IMG/VR virus record: IMGVR_UViG_3300033156_000775 | Location: 1-64,000 of that record | Origin: a virus | Length of the DNA: 64,000 nucleotides | Direction: 5' to 3' (one strand) | Part shown: piece by piece, positions 39,496-50,840 of the stretch | Layout of the letters: each line of letters opens with the position of its first letter | How positions within the stretch are numbered: position 1 is the stretch's first letter | Position numbers and translations under genes: made by a program | The notes under the pieces: generated by a model | Told to the model about the DNA's origin: nothing | Databases searched by the model: none | What the model saw: the letters and a program-made list of their open reading frames with translations, nothing else

Positions 39496-40810
39496 GATCC
39501 CTATTAAGATACAGCTCCAGCTTGAGGAGACTCCTAGTGACATAGAGGCTAGGCTAGCAGCTATAGACAAGGAGCTGGAGAAGAAGCCTGGAGCTCTCAA
39601 GCAAATGGGTACTGCAACCCGGACTACATCCAGCCTCTTAAAATCATATTCAATAAATGTTGAAGGAGCTATTGAAAGCCAAGCCAAGCTTGGAGATGTC
39701 CTTGCAGATTTCAGAACTAAACAGATTGAGAACATAGCCCTGATGAACAAGTATGCGAGTGGACAGAAGCTGACTAGAAGTGAAATGAAGAAGCTCAATA
39801 GAGTAGTAACAGAAATGGCTAGGGGCCATGTGGCACTTTCTAATATTAATAGGAGAATAGGCCAGGAACTCTTCTGGTTAGGATTAGGAAGCATGTTCAT
39901 TGTAATGTCATATGCTAGATGGAGACGATCATCCCTAACTATAGAGAGTGCCCAGCTTTCTCTACGCAGGGCAGTTATGAGTATGGAGGAAGCTCAGAGA
40001 AGGGCTAGTGAAACCATACGGATGTATGGAGCTAGGAGTAGGGAGGCTAGAGCTGCAATACTGGATGCTGAGGAAGCAGAGCTGTCATATAAGCTAGCTG
40101 TTGATCGGGTTAGAAGCAGCATTGAGCAGCAGAACTATGCTCTCTGGACGTTTATCCTGGGTGCTGTACCAACCGTGATTAGGGCAGTGTTCAGCCTCAC
40201 TAACCTGTATCTTGAGCACTATGCAGCTCAGATTCAAGCTGGAACTGGAATGACCTCACTGTATATAAAGTCCATGCTAGAGACTAAGGGATACTTGATT
40301 AAGATTCCAATTCTAAACCTTACAATCAAGTCCTATTGGGGCATGGTAGCGGCTATGGGGGCAGCTACACTTGGATTGACATTGGTTCTCTCAGCATTAT
40401 CTTACTTCCTAACTGAGATACTAATTGTGAATCCAGCTATGGAGAAAATGAAAAGCAATCTAGAAGGTATAGAGGACTCACTAGTTGGGCATTCCCTAGT
40501 GAACGCTTTAAGAGCTACTAGAGCTGAGACTTCAGAGCTACGTAGAAGCTTTGTAGATCTGGGGCAGGAGGCTTCTAGGCTTCCCTTTAAGACTGGTTCT
40601 CCTCTTGAGGTACGTACAACCTATGGATGGGCAGAGCTAGCTCCTATGGAAAGGCTTGAGCTCCCTAGAGCACAACCAAGTGTGTCTCAGGTGAACATCA
40701 ACATTCAGGGTCCATTCTACATTAGAGAGGAAGCTGACATTTCCAAGTTGGCAGCTAAGATAGGTAGGCTTCAAATGTCCAGGGTTATACGTATGAGGGG
40801 AAGGACATAG
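39488..40810 (+). CDS. Tape measure protein
   Basis: Helical and Ala/Leu-rich with hydrophobic segments; C-terminal VNINIQGP..IREEADI.KLA. Confidence 0.7.
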   Translation: MSEIPIKIQLQLEETPSDIEARLAAIDKELEKKPGALKQMGTATRTTSSLLKSYSINVEGAIESQAKLGDVLADFRTKQIENIALMNKYASGQKLTRSEMKKLNRVVTEMARGHVALSNINRRIGQELFWLGLGSMFIVMSYARWRRSSLTIESAQLSLRRAVMSMEEAQRRASETIRMYGARSREARAAILDAEEAELSYKLAVDRVRSSIEQQNYALWTFILGAVPTVIRAVFSLTNLYLEHYAAQIQAGTGMTSLYIKSMLETKGYLIKIPILNLTIKSYWGMVAAMGAATLGLTLVLSALSYFLTEILIVNPAMEKMKSNLEGIEDSLVGHSLVNALRATRAETSELRRSFVDLGQEASRLPFKTGSPLEVRTTYGWAELAPMERLELPRAQPSVSQVNINIQGPFYIREEADISKLAAKIGRLQMSRVIRMRGRT

Positions 40811-40850
40811 AATGTAGTCCGGACTACACGCAGTGTAGAGGTGAATTGAG

Positions 40851-43520
40851 ATGGCGTATGAGGGAGCTATGGAAGTTAGGTCTCTAGTAGAAGTGTTTAG
40901 AGGAGTAGCCTACAATAACGATGGTATGAGACCCTACGTAGCTGATACTGTACCGTATGGATGGAAGAATCTCACTTCAGGAGCAAACTGGTCTAGTGAT
41001 GGGGACATAGGAAGCGTCTCCTTTACTGCTCTATCTACATTTTCAGCTGTAGCTACAATAACTTCTACATTCTCTACTGATGTTTACTCATATTTGGTAG
41101 CTAGAGGAAGAGGGATAAATGGAGGATCATGGGCTGTAGGCTTCAAGGACCTAGCTGATAACATTTATTGGTCTCCATGGTATGGCAACAGCACTTTTGA
41201 AACTAAAGTGTATTCTCTCCCTTCTGGACACTCAATATCTGAGTATTATCTTAGAGGGACAGGTACATTCCAGGTTGACTATGTAGTCCTGTCATCTATA
41301 AGCCCACTTACAATCACACCAATCAACATGACAGTCAACAGGAACATTACTGGAGAGCTGACTGTTACAAGCTTCCATAAGGTCTTCACTGGAATTGTTG
41401 ATAGAGTAGAGAAGAACATCAGAGGCCATGAACCTAGAAGAATCACATTGAATGCTAGTGACTATGGACAGTACCTTCAACGCAGGAAGGTCAAGAGAGG
41501 ACGAATTTACGATGACTACTTTGACAATGTTGTTGCCCAGATAGTTGACTCACTTGTAGAAAATGGTGAGCTAACCATAGCCAATATTGACACTACAAAC
41601 CTACATTACTCTGTTAGGAAGGAGATCCAGAATGACACTTCAGGCTTTGATCTTCTGTTAAACCTAGCTGAGGAGCAGGATGCTGACTTCTATGTTGACT
41701 TTGGTAAGGACTTACACTACTTTAAACGTGGGACTAGAGAGAGTGGACTGAATATTGCTGCTACTGAAACAACTGAGTTTCCATTTGAAGAGGACATTAC
41801 TTCAATAATAAATGTACAGGAAGTGATAGGGGCTGATGGAGATAGCATTGGAAGTGACACTGAATGGACTGAGAGTTTAAGCAACTGGACTGGGAGTGGA
41901 AGCTTATCACTAGATTCTAATGTATATGATACTGACTCTGAGGGAGCATACTCTATAAAAAATAGAAACGCTACTGGAGGCACAGTCTGGTTTGCTAGGG
42001 ATATGGGTACACTTGACTTGAGCTTAGGAGGAGTGCTATGCTATTCTCTACAGCTAAGAGCTGTGAAAAGCTATACTGGGGGCAGGGCTGAGAAGCTGAT
42101 TACAAGGAACTATTTCATTGGGCCTAATGGAACTTTCTGGGTGGACATTGAAGCTTCAGGTGGCATTGAGTCCAGTCGTTCTCTAAGTAGATATGACGCT
42201 TCACCTTATCCTGAATATACAGAGGGCTATGCATTCTACTATTATCCTATGAGCAAGTTTGAAGTTCCCTTCAACTATAAAGCGAACTACAAGCTAGAGT
42301 CTTCGTTATCTGGTGAGCTAAGCTGGGATCAGATCAATACTATCAAGGTTGAAATTCTCAATCCAATTGTTACTGGATCGGAAGCCATAGCCTGGATAGA
42401 CAATATGCGTATAGAGCAAGTCCACTACTCTGGGACTATAGAAGATGCTGTGTCAATAAGCAAGTATGGTAGGAGAGAGGGGATACCTAGAGGACCGGAC
42501 TACTCACTGGACTCTAAGGAGAAATGTGAGAATATGGCTTCAATAATGGTTGCAGTGTACAAGGACCCTGTGAGAGTAATATCTGATGTAGAGACCATAC
42601 GTAACTTCACCTATGAGCCTGGACACGAATACACCATATCTGTAGAAGAGATGAGCAGTATACCTGTGATTCTAAGGAATATTAGACATGAAGTTGAAGG
42701 GCTAGACCTACATACATACCTGTCATTTTCAGAAAGGTGGATACCTAAGCCAGAGAAGCTGTTTACAACCTTGAAGAACCAGCTTGAGGCTTATGGATGG
42801 AACATAGAGGCATGGAAGAAAGCTAAGCTCCCATCAGCTGTGATACCTACAAGATCTGAGCAGATAGAGTTCTGGGAGTCAGCTATTGAATTTCCAAGGT
42901 ATGTGTTGTTTGACCAGAGATTTGTTACAGCTGTTACCCCCGACCAGAGCCAATATGATATTTCATACTCGTCTGGAGGATCAGGGTCAGTGACATTTGG
43001 ACCTACGTTTCACTTGTTCACTGGGGATGGAGCATTAAAGACAGTTAAGATTATTCCTAAAGCTTCCTCTGGGAAGTTGAAATATGACATTAACTCAGGG
43101 TTCAGAGCTAGAATAATTATTAACGCTGATACAATAGGACCTGATGTTGGAGCTGAGTTCCAAATATCCATTGGAAGTATGAATGTGTCATCTTACTCTT
43201 CTAACTATTATGGGTTCAGATTGAAGGAAGATGGCACTATAAACATTGAGGTAGGGAGCTCAACTGAGAAGTGGTACAATTCAGTAGCTATGGGTACATA
43301 TGCTGTTAACGATACAATAGACCTGTGGGCCATCTACGACAAGGAAAGTTACAAGATGTACTTCTTCAAGGATGGAATTATGAAGTTCATGTTTAGTGAA
43401 GTCACATTGGATACTAACATGTTACCCTTCTATTTATATGCTGTTACAGGAAGCAGTGCCACTGGAGGAATGAGCATAGCTGTTGAGGGACTAAACATCA
43501 TCCAGGGGTGGAAAGCATGA
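40851..43520 (+). CDS. Tail tip/hub protein with lectin-like domains
   Basis: VFTGIVDRVE..ITL.A.DYG..L, DFYVD..KDLH and SISKYGRRE motifs. Confidence 0.65.
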   Translation: MAYEGAMEVRSLVEVFRGVAYNNDGMRPYVADTVPYGWKNLTSGANWSSDGDIGSVSFTALSTFSAVATITSTFSTDVYSYLVARGRGINGGSWAVGFKDLADNIYWSPWYGNSTFETKVYSLPSGHSISEYYLRGTGTFQVDYVVLSSISPLTITPINMTVNRNITGELTVTSFHKVFTGIVDRVEKNIRGHEPRRITLNASDYGQYLQRRKVKRGRIYDDYFDNVVAQIVDSLVENGELTIANIDTTNLHYSVRKEIQNDTSGFDLLLNLAEEQDADFYVDFGKDLHYFKRGTRESGLNIAATETTEFPFEEDITSIINVQEVIGADGDSIGSDTEWTESLSNWTGSGSLSLDSNVYDTDSEGAYSIKNRNATGGTVWFARDMGTLDLSLGGVLCYSLQLRAVKSYTGGRAEKLITRNYFIGPNGTFWVDIEASGGIESSRSLSRYDASPYPEYTEGYAFYYYPMSKFEVPFNYKANYKLESSLSGELSWDQINTIKVEILNPIVTGSEAIAWIDNMRIEQVHYSGTIEDAVSISKYGRREGIPRGPDYSLDSKEKCENMASIMVAVYKDPVRVISDVETIRNFTYEPGHEYTISVEEMSSIPVILRNIRHEVEGLDLHTYLSFSERWIPKPEKLFTTLKNQLEAYGWNIEAWKKAKLPSAVIPTRSEQIEFWESAIEFPRYVLFDQRFVTAVTPDQSQYDISYSSGGSGSVTFGPTFHLFTGDGALKTVKIIPKASSGKLKYDINSGFRARIIINADTIGPDVGAEFQISIGSMNVSSYSSNYYGFRLKEDGTINIEVGSSTEKWYNSVAMGTYAVNDTIDLWAIYDKESYKMYFFKDGIMKFMFSEVTLDTNMLPFYLYAVTGSSATGGMSIAVEGLNIIQGWKA

Positions 43521-43726
43521 AAATAACAATTGAAAGGGTTGATCCTGAGGAAATAATTAGGGAGATAGTAGGGAGTATCCCATATCATGTCAGGAAGTCA
43601 GGTAATAGGATAGAGATCAAAATTGAAGATGCTGACGCTAGAACACTAAGTGTTGTCCGGACTACACTTAGAGACAGGATTAAGAGGAAGCTCCCTAGAG
43701 GATGGAAAGTGAGGATTGATGGGTAA
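43517..43726 (+). CDS. Hypothetical protein
   Basis: ATG overlaps the upstream stop; contains an in-frame palindrome copy. Confidence 0.5.
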   Translation: MKITIERVDPEEIIREIVGSIPYHVRKSGNRIEIKIEDADARTLSVVRTTLRDRIKRKLPRGWKVRIDG

Positions 43727-43877
43727 TGCCTATAACTTCCCCAGTTAGAGTAGTAAACTTTGAAATGCTATTGCTATTATCATCCCTAAATATAGAAGAA
43801 GGGTTCCCTAGCCTGAGTGTTTCAAGCAGGAATATAACTAATCATCAGATACAAACTTTTGGGGAGGTCAATATTGA

Positions 43878-46800
43878 ATGATTGAACTGATACGAAAGCA
43901 TCTTTCTAGTTTCTTAAGACCAATTGTAGAGGAGATTATAACTGAGGGGATTCAAATTGGTACACATACGATTTATTTAAGACCAACCTACATTGACATG
44001 CAAAATAATGCTTTAAAGAAAATTGGAACCTTGACTTTTGGTACTGGTGAAGATACTAATCTTTACAGGTCAGGAGTAGATACACTGAAAACAGATGATA
44101 CCTTCGAGGTAGCTGGAACAATCAAGACTGATATTATTCAGAACTATTCATCTGGTGATATTCTCCTCAAGGCGTTAACATCAGCAGATCTTAGAGTCCA
44201 GAATATGGGAGTAGTACTAGATAACATAGTGTCTATTGGATGGTATAACAATGCGGGTACCAAGATAGAACGTATTATTAGTTTGGATGAATACGACTCA
44301 TTTGTTATCAGAGGAGGATCTCCTGGAATCAGTGACAACTCTGTTAGATATGTTTCATTTGACATGTTAGGGAACACTACCTGGAACCAAATATGGCGTA
44401 TTTGGGATGAGACTCCAGCTGATACAGATTATTCAGATCCAGGAGCTAGTAGTGACTTACCTAGTGCTGGAGCTTCTTATGCAACTGACATAGTTAATAT
44501 CTATAGAGATTATAAGAGAGAAGGAGGAGACTTCTCTACATACATTAAGCTGTTTCCAGCTAAAGCAGAGTCTAAGACATCAGCTCAGATAAGAAAGTCC
44601 CCTCTATTGGTATTTATATCTAGATACTGGGATGGATATCAGAGTCAAGATGCAGAAGCTAAGATGCAATTTGAAGTAACGACTACTAGCCCATTAGCTG
44701 CTAATTTCTATTTGTCTCTATTAGGTACTACTGTTCTAAACATCAATTCAGCTGGTAATCTTACTCCTGGAACTCCTGATTCACAGGATATGGGTAATGA
44801 TGCCAGTAGATGGAGAGACCTATATCTGTCTAGAACTCTGGATATTGAATTAGATAGTTCCATAGGTGACGGAGATGACTATATAAGAGTAAAACGTAAT
44901 GACTTAGCTTCTGATGAGCCTGTGTTCTGGTTACATGAAGAGCAGAAGTCTGGAGGAGGAACTACTGATCAGATAACTCATCTACAGGTAAGAGGTCCGT
45001 TACATGCCTATGTAGCTAAGGATGTATCAGCTGATAGCTTCTTTACTCCGTATATAGATTTAGCTGATGTTAATTGGTCATGGGCTTTGGGACTAGGTGC
45101 TAGTGGTAATACAAGTGGAGATACTACATGGCTATATTTCTCATGGGTATATGGTACTGGTAGCTATCAAGAAATAGCTAGGATAGATAATGCTGGTTTT
45201 CTACAGATACGGAGTGGTATAACGACTCTGTTAGGAGGAACTACTTATGTTCCTACAGATCAAGTGCCATTGTATATAGCAGTTCAGTCTTCTCATGCAG
45301 CTAATTTAGCTGAATTCTGGACTGGTAGTAACAAAGTCTTCTATGTAGCTAACGATGGTAATCCTACGATAAATCATGCATCATCTCCATCTTTGATAAT
45401 GCAAGTAGGTGGGACTGATAAATTTAGACTAACATTTAATGGTACAGATACGCTTCTAGATGCTGTGACTGGAAATATCTATGCTAATGCAAACTTACTC
45501 CCTTATGGTTCTTATAGCTTAGGTTCTTTATCTAGTAAATGGCTTAACGCCTTTCTCAGCGGATACGCTGACATAGGATCTCTAAGAATAAGTGGAACCG
45601 AGGTTTTAACAAGTGGAAGAGTTCTTCAGAACGTTTCTGCTGATGCTGGAATAATTACAAGTGGACTTTTTAATGTAGCAAGGATACCTGACCTAGATGC
45701 TTCAAAGATAGTTTCAGGAGTCTTCGATGTTGATAGAATTCCAAATTTAGATGCTTCTAAGATTACTTCAGGGGTTTTTGACCTAGTTAGGATTCCTTCT
45801 ATCGACTGGACAAGGATGCCTTTCGATGATTGGAATGAATTGCTGGCACAATTAGGCAATACTGTCGGAGACTACTTGAGCCTAAGCTATCTTCAGATAA
45901 ACGGTTCAACTGTTTTAACCAGCGGTAGAGTATTACAGAATATCGCTTCAATAGCTCAGAGTTTACTTTCAGATGGGGATAATACGAGAGATTTGGGCAG
46001 TTTAAGCTATAGATGGCGAAATCTCTACATCGGAACAGATATTTACTTAGGTGGTGATATTCGTGGAGATGGTCAAAATGCTATTATTGATCAAGTAGAT
46101 GGTTCAAATGCCTACTTCCACTTTAGAAGCTATACTGGTTCTGGTAGCTACGTTAATGCAGCTTACTTAAATGCTGGAAAATTTGTCATAGCTGCTTCAG
46201 GAAACATACTTCCAGCTTCAACCCGAACACATAATATTGGGACTCCAGACTTGAGATACTATGATCTGTTTCTAGGTCATTCACTAAACATAGAGCTCAC
46301 AGGATCGATAGGAAATGGTAACAACTACATATCTGTAATAAGATCAGACTTAGCAGCTGATGAACCAGTATTCTGGTTACATGAAGAATCCATAGAAGCT
46401 GGATCTACAGACCAAATCACTCACTTACAAGTAAGAGGACCAGTTCACGCATATATCAACAAGGATGTTAGTGTCAATATTAGCTACACTCCGTATATAG
46501 ATGTAGCAGATGCTAACTGGAGCTGGACAGCTGGTCTAGGAGCTTCAGGTCCATCATCTTCAGATGATACATGGTTGTACTTTAGCTGGGTATACGGTAC
46601 TGGATCATACACTGAAGTAGCTAGATTCGATAAAGATGGATTCTTACAAGTAAAGAGTGGAATAACAACAGTACTTGGTGGTTCAGTAAGTGTACCAACT
46701 AGTGTAGTCCCATTGGATATAGAAGTTCAATCCAGTCATGCAGCTGATATCATGAAAGTAGTTAGAGGAACAAGTACAGTTTTTGAAATAGGTCAGTATG

Positions 46801-47153
46801 GTCATATAATAATGAACACTACGAGTACTTCAGTAATTCCAATCAATGTTAATGCTCCCTCTGGACAGGCAGCTGACTTACTGAAGTTATCAATAAACAA
46901 TGCTCCTATGTTCCAGGTTAGTAAAGCTGGTGACATTACAGTACAGGGACAAATATATGTTCCTAACATGGCTACATCAGACATATTTGATGACATTGAA
47001 ATAATTAAGAACATAAGATCAAAACCAGATGGTACTATAGATCCTGAGTCACTACCAGAGTTCTATAGAACTGGGAATGGAGTTAATCTTGTAAGGCTGG
47101 TAGGTTTATTACTTGGTGCTATTAAACAATTATTGGGGAAGATAGATGTCTGA
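43878..47153 (+). CDS. Tail fibre/receptor-binding protein with internal duplication and C-terminal chaperone-like domain
   Basis: DTNLYR.G.DTLKTDD, DASKITSGVF repeats, LG....RWRNLY motifs, C-terminal LVGLLLGAIKQL. Confidence 0.7.
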   Translation: MIELIRKHLSSFLRPIVEEIITEGIQIGTHTIYLRPTYIDMQNNALKKIGTLTFGTGEDTNLYRSGVDTLKTDDTFEVAGTIKTDIIQNYSSGDILLKALTSADLRVQNMGVVLDNIVSIGWYNNAGTKIERIISLDEYDSFVIRGGSPGISDNSVRYVSFDMLGNTTWNQIWRIWDETPADTDYSDPGASSDLPSAGASYATDIVNIYRDYKREGGDFSTYIKLFPAKAESKTSAQIRKSPLLVFISRYWDGYQSQDAEAKMQFEVTTTSPLAANFYLSLLGTTVLNINSAGNLTPGTPDSQDMGNDASRWRDLYLSRTLDIELDSSIGDGDDYIRVKRNDLASDEPVFWLHEEQKSGGGTTDQITHLQVRGPLHAYVAKDVSADSFFTPYIDLADVNWSWALGLGASGNTSGDTTWLYFSWVYGTGSYQEIARIDNAGFLQIRSGITTLLGGTTYVPTDQVPLYIAVQSSHAANLAEFWTGSNKVFYVANDGNPTINHASSPSLIMQVGGTDKFRLTFNGTDTLLDAVTGNIYANANLLPYGSYSLGSLSSKWLNAFLSGYADIGSLRISGTEVLTSGRVLQNVSADAGIITSGLFNVARIPDLDASKIVSGVFDVDRIPNLDASKITSGVFDLVRIPSIDWTRMPFDDWNELLAQLGNTVGDYLSLSYLQINGSTVLTSGRVLQNIASIAQSLLSDGDNTRDLGSLSYRWRNLYIGTDIYLGGDIRGDGQNAIIDQVDGSNAYFHFRSYTGSGSYVNAAYLNAGKFVIAASGNILPASTRTHNIGTPDLRYYDLFLGHSLNIELTGSIGNGNNYISVIRSDLAADEPVFWLHEESIEAGSTDQITHLQVRGPVHAYINKDVSVNISYTPYIDVADANWSWTAGLGASGPSSSDDTWLYFSWVYGTGSYTEVARFDKDGFLQVKSGITTVLGGSVSVPTSVVPLDIEVQSSHAADIMKVVRGTSTVFEIGQYGHIIMNTTSTSVIPINVNAPSGQAADLLKLSINNAPMFQVSKAGDITVQGQIYVPNMATSDIFDDIEIIKNIRSKPDGTIDPESLPEFYRTGNGVNLVRLVGLLLGAIKQLLGKIDV
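45642..45803 (+). repeat. Three 54-bp (18-aa) tail-fibre repeats
   Basis: DAGIITSGLFNVARIPDL / DASKIVSGVFDVDRIPNL / DASKITSGVFDLVRIPSI. Confidence 0.85.
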
Positions 47154-47724
47154 TACTGAAGTTTATTATTACGTAGCTCAGACAAAATTCATGCAAGTAG
47201 ATCTACTTAAGAATGGTTCTTTCTCAGATGGTACTTTTAACAACTGGGATTACCATAGTAAGTTGGATATCGTTAGTCCTGGTTATGATGACGACTATTG
47301 TGTTGCCAGACAATGGGATTCGTACTATCATTATTACAGATCGTTTCTTATTTATCAATATGTTTCTTATCCTCCTGGTAGCGTATCACAAGTCAAGGTA
47401 AGAACTATTAGGATGAATGCTTGCTATTTCAGAGTATTTTACGAAGATGGTTCTGGAGATCAAGTGACGGTAGGACTTACGAGCTATTGGTCTACAAATA
47501 GTATTGCACCGAATCCAAATAAGAGAATAACGAGAATAGAGCTTTATGGCTATACGAATTCAGATTATCAAGGAAAAGCGGACTTGTTTGAAGTTGTATT
47601 GGAACCTACTGTAATGAAACGGGTACGATGGGCAACTTCTGACTACCACTTATTTTATGCTGATAGTGGAGGAAAATCAGTATCTTACAATGTTAGTGAC
47701 TATCATTTATACAGAGAACCTTAA
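47146..47724 (+). CDS. Carbohydrate-binding-like tail accessory protein
   Basis: LLKNGSFSDG...W (CBM-like start); Tyr-rich. Confidence 0.5.
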   Translation: MSDTEVYYYVAQTKFMQVDLLKNGSFSDGTFNNWDYHSKLDIVSPGYDDDYCVARQWDSYYHYYRSFLIYQYVSYPPGSVSQVKVRTIRMNACYFRVFYEDGSGDQVTVGLTSYWSTNSIAPNPNKRITRIELYGYTNSDYQGKADLFEVVLEPTVMKRVRWATSDYHLFYADSGGKSVSYNVSDYHLYREP

Positions 47725-47758
47725 AATAGGAATTTCCTTTATTCTGAAAAGGAGGTGT

Positions 47759-47986
47759 ATGAATATGAGTAGAAGAATACCTCAGGTACGGGTAAATCCC
47801 AACTCAATAGAGTATTGGAAGGAGAAAGTACTTACAAGATCAGTGTCTCTGGACTTAGCTATTAGAGAGTTCTTTGAGGCTCTGAACTCATACATGAGAA
47901 TGGTAGAGGAAGAGCTCACTAAGCTAAAATCTGAAAACATTGAACTAAAGAATAAGCTTAAGGAAAAGGGAAAGAAATCTAGGTAA
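47759..47986 (+). CDS. Small coiled-coil protein
   Basis: GGAGGTG RBS before ATG 47759/47765. Confidence 0.5.
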   Translation: MNMSRRIPQVRVNPNSIEYWKEKVLTRSVSLDLAIREFFEALNSYMRMVEEELTKLKSENIELKNKLKEKGKKSR

Positions 47987-47990
47987 GTGA

Positions 47991-48539
47991 GTGCTGATGG
48001 GAAGGCAATGCAAAGTCTGCTATTCGTTGCATAGGAAGGAGTATGAGGAGCTACGCTTCCAGAAGTACCTGAAGCTGAAGGAGATCCAGGAGTACGCATG
48101 GAACAAGTATAGGGAGAAGCTGTCCATTGGGACTCTTTCTAGACACTTCAGGTTCCATGTTGAAGAGATACTGCATGCTCAGATAGAAGCTTCTAGGCTT
48201 AGGGCTGATGTTCTAAGAGAAGAGATACACAAGGACATTAGAGTGGCTAGGGCACTGAGGGAGAACCTAGAGATTCTAAATGAGCAGCTTAGCAGGGTAA
48301 GTGAGCTTGACAGTCCAGACCAACGTAACGAGGCTAGACAGATCATAGCTAAGATAAACGACACTATTGAGCTGCTTCTAAAGTTCTCTGACAAGATAAA
48401 GCTTGAAGAAGCAGGACCTAGTGAGGATGAGATCTTTGATAGAGTGGTGTATGCATTGGAGCCTCTACCTAATGAATATGTTATAGAGTTTAAAAAGAGA
48501 TGGGACGAATACCCAAAAGTTAAAGGGAAGAAGCAATGA
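47991..48539 (+). CDS. Terminase small subunit (candidate)
   Basis: CKVC + HTH + SRH..H, then coiled coil; overlaps the start of the large terminase. Confidence 0.6.
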   Translation: MLMGRQCKVCYSLHRKEYEELRFQKYLKLKEIQEYAWNKYREKLSIGTLSRHFRFHVEEILHAQIEASRLRADVLREEIHKDIRVARALRENLEILNEQLSRVSELDSPDQRNEARQIIAKINDTIELLLKFSDKIKLEEAGPSEDEIFDRVVYALEPLPNEYVIEFKKRWDEYPKVKGKKQ

Positions 48540-50840
48540 AAGATGTAGTCCGGACTATATATGAAGTCCCGGGTAGTGTTAAGTTCCAGCTGTTCTTATG
48601 GTACAAGGACCCAGTGCTCTTCTTCAGAGAAGTCTTCAATGTAGAGCCATACAGCTACCAGAAGAGAATCCTCAAGGAGTTTGTGAACTTAAAACGGATG
48701 ATGATCTCAGCTGCCTCAGACACTGGTAAGACACTTCTGCTAAGTGCACTAGCGTTATGGTCAGCTCTGGTAAAGTCCTTCATAGAGGACATCAAGTATC
48801 AAGTTGTGATTCTAAGTGGCTCCAGAGAGCAAGCTGAACGGCTATATCAATACACCAGGGAAGCGTTGATGTCTAGTGAGGTGCTCTACCCACTTGTGGT
48901 TAAGGAAAGAGGTAAGCCTAAGATCCTCAAGAGCTACGTTGAGTTCATCAATGGATCATGGATAAAGACATTTGCCAGGGCACTGACATCAATCCAGGGT
49001 GTACACGCACAGATGGTGATTGTTGATGAGGCAGCTCTTAAGGAGCTGGACTTCTTCATCAAGGATACTCTGAGAATATCCAGAATATGACCCTAAGAAA
49101 TGTCCAGATGGATGGAGGAGATATCACTGGAGTGCCGATGAATGTCCTAGGACCAAGAAAAAGCTAGAAGAGGCTAAGACACTGGATGAGGAGACATTCT
49201 CAATATACTATGAGGGGAAGCCATACAGCAAGGACCCAAACAAGGTTGTACCTATACATCTAATCAGAAGACAGTCTGAAGGTATCAAAAGATTCAAAGT
49301 AGATCCAGCTAACAGAGCTGGACTAATCATCTTCGGGGTCGACTACGGATCATGCTTTTCAGAAGACACTCAAGTCCTGACTAATCATGGATGGAAATAT
49401 TTCTATGAACTAAACCCATCCGACCTAGTTCTAACTTTGAATACTAAAACATTAAAAGCAGAATATCAGAAACCAAAGAAGATTCATTCTAGATTCTATT
49501 CTGGAGAAATGATATGGATTCATTCTAAGAATCTTGACATACTAGTGACTCCACATCATCCTATTCCCTTTCTTGATAGAAACAAGAAGAGACTCCATTG
49601 GCACTTGGCTTTCGAACGGACTACACATGATTATCTAATTAGGAAAGCTCGGTTTTCAGGATATAAACCAGATTTTTGGGAGATTCCTGAATATTATAAT
49701 GAATACTGGTGTGGACATTACCATTCAAGTCATAGAGAATATTTCAAGCCAAAGCTAAAAGTTCCAATTGAAGATTTCCTTAGGTTACTAGGCTGGTATC
49801 TATCAGAAGGTAATATTTTCAAAGAAGGATTTTACATCTCCCAGTCTAAGCTGAAACACCCAAAATATTGTGCTGAAATCAGTGCCTTACTCTCTCGACT
49901 TGGGCTAAATGTTGATTATAATTTCAACAACACTACTAAAGGCGGATACTTCAGAGTTTTCTCGATGCAGTGGAGACAATATTTTGCTCAGTTTGGAGAA
50001 AGTGAAGAACGATTCATCCCAGAAGACATTAAAAATCTAGATGGTTCTCTCCTAGAAATCCTTCTTGAGACCTTGATGAAGGGAGATGGTGCCAAAACTG
50101 GTTTTTACTACTGGACGGATTCAAAACAATTAGCAGATGACCTGCAGGAGATAGCTTTAAAGACTGGTAGATACATCCCTTGGATAAGCTCCAGGATCCG
50201 TAATGGGAAAGTAGAATACTCTGTACATATGAAGCAGACAGACTCTAGCCCTAACAAGAAACATTACGATGAAGTCAAATATTCTGGTAAGATTTGGTAC
50301 ATAGAAACTGAAAATCAAACATTATGTGTACGAAGAAACACTAAACCAGTATTTCTACATAATACAGCTGGGACGATGCTAGCTATTTTGCATAAAGTCG
50401 GTAAAGAATACCATCTCATAGATTTGCTAGAATGGAAAATGCAGAAGTACGATGACGTACAGGACTGGATAGAGTCTGTAACTGAGCTCTATAAACCGGA
50501 CTACATATTTGTAGATGCACTGCCTAAGGGAGAGTCTGAACGCACAGTTGACAGGCTTGGACAGAAGGGGTACACTGTGACTCCAGTGTTCTTCTCTCAA
50601 GAGAAGTCTAGGTACCAGACTAGGATGAGAAGTCTATTTAGCCTTGGACAAATATGGATTCCAGAATCGTTTGTAGACCTTCTAGAAGAGTTAAGAGCGT
50701 ATGAGTGGACTACCAAGAGAGGAGATGATAGAGTAGTAGCTTTGATGCTAGCCCTGATTGACCCTGAACCTTCAGAATCACAGTCGGTATTTGGGATAGC
50801 TGCAAGACCAATCTCCAGACCACTCTCCCATCGACTGTGA
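48536..50840 (+). CDS. terL: Terminase large subunit (frame break near 49075; intein in the nuclease domain)
   Basis: PYSYQ, Walker A AASDTGKT and Walker B VIVDEAA; a second frame gives W..YHW...CP, FGVDYG, IFVDA and GDDRVVAL. Confidence 0.85.
49353..50363 (+). mobile_element. LAGLIDADG intein in the terminase nuclease active-site strand
   Basis: GVDYGS|CFSEDT..VTPHH..LGWYLSEG..LMKGDG..VFLHN|T; 337 aa. Confidence 0.9.

Noticed and set aside
39310-39900. 196-aa minus-strand ORF and similar antisense ORFs (e.g. 9929..10357, 14570..14989, 15890..16333, 37397..37792)
   Set aside because: Shadow frames opposite well-supported genes, with no motifs or RBS.
43878-47724. Diversity-generating retroelement acting on the tail fibre
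   Set aside because: No reverse transcriptase in the window; the duplicated regions are both coding and differ at all base types.
48536-49440. Group I intron or programmed frameshift in the terminase
   Set aside because: Sequence appears to be missing rather than inserted, and there is no slippery heptamer; treated as a deletion or artefact.
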